A DNA stretch of 64,000 nt, from assembly GCA_051294375.1 (NCBI GenBank), contig CM119271.1, positions 11,548,185 through 11,612,184 on the forward strand, given 5' to 3'. The translations under genes were made by a program, and so were the position numbers. Origin of the DNA: Paraspadella gotoi. Taxonomy: Eukaryota; Animalia; Chaetognatha. Positions 52,072 through 64,000 of this stretch are shown here, piece after piece. The notes beneath the pieces are model-generated. The model had not been told where the DNA came from. It ran no database searches and was given only the letters and a program-made list of their open reading frames with translations. Position 1 is the stretch's first letter, and every line of letters starts with the position of its first letter.

Positions 52072-55000
52072 TCACTGCGATAAAAATAAGGATTAAGGGA
52101 GAAAAGAAAAGGAAGGAAGGGAGAAAGGAAAGGGAGGAAAGCTAAACGAAAAGAGAGGAAGGAAGAAAGGAAAAGACAAAGAAAAGGGAGGAAAGATAAA
52201 AGTAGAGAGAGGAAGGGAGAAAGGAANNNNNNNNNNAAAGGGAGAAAAGATAAAAGAAGAGAGAGAAAGGAAGAAAGGAAGAGAGAAAGAAAAGGAAGGA
52301 AAGATAAAAGAAGAGAGAGAAAGGAAGAAAGGAAAANNNNNNNNNNNNNNNNNNNNNNNNNGAGAAAGAAGTGGAAAGATAAAGAAGAGAGAGAAAAGGA
52401 AGAAAGGAAAGAGAAAGAAAAGAGAGAAAAGATAAGAGAAGAGAGAGGAAGGGGAGAAAGAAAAAGGGAGGAAAGATAAAAGAAAAGAGAGGACAGGGAT
52501 AAAAAGGTAGGAGAAGACTAAAGAAAAGAGAGGAAGGGAGAAAGAAAGAATAAGAAAAGAGGGGAAGGGAGAAAGAAAAGGGAAAAAAGCTAAAAGAGAG
52601 GAGGGAGAAAGAAAAAAGAGAAAAGGTAAAAGAAAGAGAAGAAAGGAGAAGGAAAAGAGAAAGAAAAGGGAAGAAAGATAAAAGAAGAGAGAGCTGAAGG
52701 GAGAAGAAAAGGGAGGAAAGATAAAAGAAAGAAGGAAGGGAGAAAAGAAAAGGGAAGAAAGATGAGAAGAAGAAGGAAGGGAGAAAGAAAAGGGAGAAAG
52801 AATAAAAGAAAAGAGAGGAAGGGAGGAAAGAAAAGGGAGGAAAGCTAAAAAAAGAGAGAGAAAGGGAAATTAAATCTTCGGTTTCATTTACGATTTTTCC
52901 TCTTTAATCAATTTTATCTCGCGAGTCTTTCCTTTTTCTTTCCTTTTTTGTCTTTCTTTTTAAATATTTCTTTCTTTCATTTGTTTTATTTTCTGTCATT
53001 CTTCTTCTTTCTGTGTTATATTATTTCTTCAAATCAGTCAATTTGGATTCCAAAATTTACATAAGACATTTTACGGACCGACCGACCAGATAGACCGATC
53101 GACCGACACAGAATAGACCGGACCTTTTGACCTGGTTGCAAAATGTAAACAATTAAAAAAAGGAGGAGGACGTGAGAAGAAAAGAAGAGGAGGGAGAAAG
53201 AGGACGAAAAGCAAAAACTGTCGAGCGACAAACAAAAGAGAAAAAAAGAAAAAAATGAAAAAGGAGATTTTGTGTCGAGAAAAGAAATTACGAGAGGAAA
53301 GGAAAGGACAGAATATGAGGAGGAAAGAAAAGAGAGGGAGGAAAGGAGACGAACGGAATTTAGGAGGAAAGGAACAGAGAGGGGAAAGAAAAGGAAAGGA
53401 AAAGAGGGAGAAAGGAAGGACGGAATTATGAGGAGGAAGAAAAGAGAGGGAGGAAGGAAAGGAAGAAGGAAGAAAGGAAAGGACGGAATTAATGAGGAGG
53501 AAAGAAGAGAGGGAGGAAAGGGGAAGAAAGGAAGGAACGGAATTAGAGGAGGAAAGAAAGAGAGGGAGGAAAGAAAGGAAATGGGAAAGAAAGAGGAAAA
53601 GAAATAGAGAAAAATAAGAAAAAGAGTAAAAGAGTAAAAGAAGTAACTGAAAAAAAGAATATGAGAAAGAAAAAACGAAGAATGGATCAAATGAGAAAAG
53701 AAAAGAAAAGAAAAGAAAGAAAAGAAAAAGAAAGAAATGAAGAATGAGAGTAGAATTAAGATTAACGTTGTACTTGAGTCGCGATAATTCGAGACCGAAC
53801 GTGGCGCCGCTTGTCGTTCGTCGTCGTCGTCGTTGTCGTTTGTCGTTGTGTCGTTGTCGTCGTCGTCGTCGTTGTCGTCGTCGTTCTTGTTACTTGCCGT
53901 CATCCTTATTTTTGTCCGTCGTCTTCGTTATCCTCTTCATTGCGCTTCGTCGTCATCAATCATCGCATGCCTACCTCGTCAGTCTGCAATGACATTGTCC
54001 TTATGGTCGTCGTGTCGTCGTCATCGTCGTCGTCGTCGTTCATCGTCGTCGTCGTCGTCGTCTCGCGTTTCTATTTGACTCCATCCTTTGAAGAATTCGC
54101 AAATGTTGTTGTTGTCCATCATCGTCGTCGTTTTCTCTTGGCCATGGTTGTTGTTGTTGTTGTTGTTGTTGTTATTCCGTTATCATTTCAACTCAATCGA
54201 GTCTGTTGTTTAATTCTATCGTCGTCGTCGTCCGTCGTCGTCGTCGCTTATAGTCGTTGCCATATGTTACGCTTTCAGCCAACTTAAAGGATTTTTGTTT
54301 TTTGTTATAGTTATTAATGGTCGTCGTCGTCGTTATCATAATAGCGTCGTCGTCGTCGTCGTCGTCGTCTGTTTTCCGTCGTCTTTGTTTTGTCGTTGTC
54401 GTCGTCGTCGTCGTCGTCAGAAGTGGAAAATAAACCGCGTTGAAATTACGATGAGAATAGAAATCGCAGTCGCTGAGAGAGGAGAGAGAGAGGGAGAGGG
54501 AGAGAGAGGGAGAAGGGAGACAGAGGAGAGAGGGGAAGAGAGGAGAGGGAGAAGGGGAGAGAGAGGGAGAGGGAGAGAGGGGAGAGGGTAGGATGATAGA
54601 GACGGGAATTCGTGAAGAGGAATTCCAAAGACTCTGAACTTTCCGACAATGTGAATTCATATTTATATCATTGATATTACACTGTTCATATCATTACTTG
54701 TATTACTTATTATCATAGAAAGTACGTGTTCGAGTGTGGCAGGTCCTAATCTAGTTGGCGTCTCTTGTTTTTCATAATCAAGATCCTATACTGTGGGGCA
54801 AACCTTGTGGTCGACCGTGCGCCGTGTGGTTAACTGAAATTGTGGTCTATACGTTAGAGGGTCTCGTGGCTTCCTGCAAGCCCGGCATCGCCCACAAATA
54901 ATCACCCTCTACAGTGGTTGGCATCGCCTATCATCTTCGGGTGGAGAAACACCAACTAAGTGAGTGAAAGGAGTGAGAGAGGAAGAGGGCAGAGGAAGAG

Positions 55001-55531
55001 AGGGAAGGGAGAGGGAAGAAGGGGCAGAAAAGATTGGAAGAGAGAGAGAGAAAGAGGAGGAAGGAAGAGAGAGAGGGAGAGAGAAGGTGGGAGGGGAAGA
55101 GGGGGCGAGAGGAAGAAGGGAGATTGAGAGAGGGAAAGGGGAGGAAGGGGAGAAGAGGAAAAGATGACGGGAAAGGAGAAAATGGCTGGAGAAAGGGGAA
55201 TTTGATGGGCTGGGAGAAAGATAGAAATCTGGGAAATAAATGCTGGATGGATAAATTAGGAGTGAGAGGAAGGAGGGAAAAGGAGGAGGAGGAAGAAGAG
55301 GAGGAGGAAGACAAGTAGAGGGAGTGATTGTGATTTGTGATCGAAAATTAGTTGTTGGTTATCGGTAAAATTTGTTTGAGAAGAAATGAAAAAGGAAAGA
55401 AAAATTGGTAATTGGAGAAGAGAGTGAGACGGAGAGAGAAGAAGAGAGAGAGAGAGAGAGGAGAGAGACGAGGAGAGAGAGAGAGAGAGAGAAAGAAGAA
55501 ATAAAGAAAAGAAATGTCAGATTTCTTAATC

Positions 55532-55594
<63 letters not shown>

Positions 55595-55631
55595 TAAGAA
55601 AGAAGAAATGTAAGATTTCTAATCGCAAATC

Positions 55632-55698
<67 letters not shown>

Positions 55699-56540
55699 AG
55701 AGCAGAGAGAGAGAAAGAAGAAAAAAGAAGTCCACCAAATCTCGGAATTATTCTCGGTCATGATTTTGGGCTCGAAATGACTCGATTTGGGCCCAAAACG
55801 GGGCCCGGAATCATATGACCGGAATGGCCCGGTGTCCGCGGCGCTTCTCCGGCCGAAGATCCATTGCGACGAGAATTTCCTTTTCTTACGCTTTTTCAAT
55901 TTAGCCCTTTTCCGCGCGCGAATTGATGTCGTCTCAACGTAGCATTGTCAGCTTTGCCACGGTCTGGTAGAAATTTGTGACACTCTGCACCGGAGCAAGG
56001 AGGTGTGACTCTAGAGGATTATGTCACTCCTTATCATTAAGTCACTTATCATTCAGTAACTCTTATCAATTAAGTCACTCTTTATCAATTAAAGTCACTC
56101 TTATTTATTGGGGATACTTTGTAATGTTTTTTGGAGATAGGACTTGATAATGTCAGTCTAGACATGAAATGTGAACGGTAAATTGGACGTAAATTGACGT
56201 AAATAAATCAACGTGGAAAGACATAATCTCTATTACTTTCATAATATATATAGACCACGAATTCCTCTCTCTCTTTTTCTGTTTTTCTCCCTCACTCTGT
56301 CTCCCTCCCTTTTCACTCTCTCTTCTTCTGCCTCTCTCTCTCTCTCTTTCTTCTTCTTAACTCTCCCGTCTTCTCTCTCTATCTTCTCGTTTCTCATAAA
56401 ATCTTTGAGTTTTAAATTTATTCCTTTTCTTCTCTAGATTTTATTCTTTGTCTAAAAAATAAACTTTGTCATTCGTTAATTTCTACTTTATTTCTATTTC
56501 AAGACTTACATTTTTTTAATCAATGTTTGTCGGTTTATTA

Positions 56541-56901
56541 TCATCTTAAGTAAGCAGACTCCTGTCACCCACATTACAGTAAAGCCAGACAGGGATTTCC
56601 ATATGAAATCAAACGTGGAATTTTTATTTATCAGAAAATAGACAAGAAGAAAGACGGTGTCAGGATTTTGGACAGTAATCAAAGCAGAAACAGAGGCTAT
56701 TTATAATTGGGCAAGTGACGAAAGCCAGTTTCCTTCTTCGGAATCCTCCTCTTCCTCTTGCTGGAACCTATTGTTCCTTTTTCTGGTTTGGCTTTCCAAA
56801 AATCCCGTGTTCGAATCATTCCAGAATCCTTCTTCTCTCACGGATCCTCTTTCCTTAATCCTTTCCTCTGTTTCGCCGCGTTTTCATTTCATCTGTGATG
56901 A
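56541..56901. mobile_element. 361 bp insertion (solo-LTR-like or MITE) in a (TA)n site
   Basis: Present here but absent from the duplicate copy, where the site at 63081-63090 reads tatatatatt. Ends TCATC...GATGA are inverted; the minus strand has TATAAA (~56700) then AATAAA (~56625). Confidence 0.65.
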
Positions 56902-58713
56902 AATATTTTAATTTTAAATTATTACTTATTTATTTTATTCTATCCCATCGGACAATTCCCCCCGTCGAGACGAAGGGACAATTGAAAAGGCTCGCAGTGA
57001 TTTTGAAAAATGAGACAAGTTTTAAACTCATTTGCAATATGACATGTTGAACTTAGAATCAAATTGATTTAAAATATTTATCCTATTTTTTTCCAACAAT
57101 TACAATCATCTAAACTATATTGTGCTAGTGATTTCTTACCAAATTCATGTATAAAATTTTAAGAAAATACTCTTAAGGAAAAGTAAAAGAAATCCAAAGG
57201 AAAAGATTCGATCTAGGATATACAAATTCGTTAAATTTCATTTGAGTCACGCCTACTTTTTGGTCCAACCCGCCCAACTCTGGCCACGCCTACCTCTCTT
57301 CCTTTCTTGTTTATTGCGAACATAGAAAGTCTCATTTCTTTCGAAAGATATTCTTCAGTTCTGCGGTCCATATGACGCGATTTAATGTAGCCGCAGTAGG
57401 CGATTCTCTTATTTTTTTTGCAAATGAAGAACTTTTTTATATTTTAAAGATCTCCATTTTTTTTTTAAATTCTTTACTTCATAGTCATTTCCACACCTTC
57501 TTTTCTCTTTTCCCACATTTTATTCAGTTTTTCTTCCACTTTCCAACTCTTTGTCAACTGCATAGCTCAGATTTGCTCAGCCGATGAAACTTTTATCTCC
57601 AATCGGTGACTTGTACCGTTTTGGCACTCATTGACTAATGTCATCAGCTAGTGACTACAAGATCCTACGTTTCATGCAACCGTTACCATTCCCATAATGA
57701 AGCGTGAGGCAAAAGCTATCTTGGGGCAAGGCGAACCCCGAGAAGTTGTTTCAGACTGAATCTGGAGAGCAAGGGTAGTCCTTTCATTGCTGCCAAAGAG
57801 GATGTAGAAGTCTTCTGCGCCACTTCTGTTTTTTTTCTAAAGTTTCTCCTTCTCTATCTGACCGCAATACCTTCTCTCTTCGCTCCTCTACTCCTTCTCT
57901 TGCCCCTCCTCCCTCCTCTTCTCTTCCTCGCTCCTCTCCTCTCCTCCCTCTCGTTTCCCTTTCCATCTCCCCTCCTCTTCCCCCCCTCCTATTCCTCGCT
58001 CCTCGTCCTCTCCCCCTGATCTCCTATTCCCCCCTCTACTTCTCCTCCTCTCCTCTCCCCTTCCTCTTCCTCCTCACCCTCAATCTTCCCCTCCCCTCTC
58101 TCTTCTCCTCCCCTTCCACTTCCACCTCCTCCTCCCCCCATCCTATATCCCTCCCTCTTCCTCCCCTCCTCTTCCTCCTCACCCCTCTTTCCTTCTTCTT
58201 CCCATCCCCTCCTCCTCCCCTCCTCCCCCCTCTTCTCCTCTTCCCCCTCCCCCTCCCCTCCTCCTCTCTCCCAAGTTCCGCCTCCGAGAATCGATTGGAA
58301 TCCGAAGCGACCGTCTGTCCGGTGAAAAAAAGACGACGAGACGACACGACAATGACGACGATGATAATGACAGAGACGACCGATGTCCGATGACCGACGG
58401 ATGACGAACATTTTCTAAAATGACGACAAAGAGAGCAAATAAAATATTTAAGGATAAAGACAAAATTAAAATAACCAGTCAAATATATTTTTAATATAAA
58501 AATTATCAATTCCGAGACAAAAAAAGTAAAAAGAGAAAGAATTACAGAGAGGATTATAAACAATGGGTACGTTGGCGAGACGACACGGCGACGACGACGG
58601 AGGGAAATGGCGGGAGAGGAAATAAAAACGGTCGGGAAGTAAAACCTTCGTCATGAAGAATTTATTCCACGATGAAATCACTTTCTTGCATACAAGTATT
58701 GGTGCTTCTCTCT

Positions 58714-58779
<66 letters not shown>

Positions 58780-59349
58780 CTTCTCCTATCTCTCTCTGAT
58801 CGCTTTTCCTTTTATCCCTTTAAGTTATTTCATAGATTTTTTTCACCTCTCTATTTTTTTTTTTTATTTCTATTCGCGCGCGAAACAAAATGAACGTCTG
58901 CTAGTTTCGTCCGGATTGGATGATATTTTTCTGGCTTCTGATTGGCTGAAAAATTTTGCTGCTGATAATATTTTGGAGCTTTCGATCAGAAAATGAAAAT
59001 ATTGTTTGTCTTCTAAATGGTTTATTAAATTTTTTTCGGACCATCTTAATTGACTGACGGATTTCCTGGCTGAATTTTAAATTTAAATTGAACATTGGAT
59101 TTAAAAAAAAAAAGTAAAGCGAAATTAAAACAACAAACATGCTTCAAAACAAAAGTAGAAATAATATTTTTAAACAAAACTGGTCGGTCACGAATAAGAC
59201 GAGTACAATTTAAAAAAAATGAAAATCAATTTATTTTTACAACTCGACTGTTTTAGTCAGAATGGTGGTGACGGTAACAACGTCCGGGTTTTGACCAGAC
59301 GAACCAAAGATGGCGTCGCGTCGTCTAAATTCGAACCAGAGATTCTGGA

Positions 59350-64000
<4,651 letters not shown>

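Noticed and set aside
57635-57680. Hammerhead ribozyme core on the minus strand (GAAAC...GTC...CTGATGA)
   Set aside because: Stems I and III cannot form properly, and the duplicate copy at about 63790 lacks GAAAC.

Overview
Eukaryotic (metazoan, probably invertebrate) genomic DNA from a gappy draft assembly, saturated with (GA/CT)n, (ACG/GTC)n, (GAAAA)n, (GGC)n and (TTTTCC)n microsatellites. Almost all ORFs in the supplied track are translations of these repeats. The one clear gene is a spliced Cys-loop ligand-gated ion channel on the minus strand (about 19.1 kb down to below 1.7 kb). Six exons with AG/GT boundaries join in frame into a nicotinic acetylcholine receptor alpha-type extracellular domain (Cys-loop CEVEITYFPFDEQKC, loop C YPCCEVPY) plus M1. 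Its ligand pocket is atypical, lacking the loop A Tyr and the loop D Trp. A tRNA-Leu(AAG) sits in one intron. Positions 23-46.7 kb and 52.5-64 kb are a mosaic of direct and inverted duplications in which one copy is indel-rich, most likely uncollapsed haplotypes or unpolished long reads. Comparing copies exposes two filled-versus-empty insertion sites: a 2.8 kb 5'-truncated LINE and a 361 bp element. Several MITE/Helitron-like elements, minisatellites, a CTCF/E2F/CHR/CCAAT motif cluster and a few orphan plus-strand exon candidates are also visible. I found no prokaryotic system, CRISPR array or rRNA, and no convincing novel multi-gene system.
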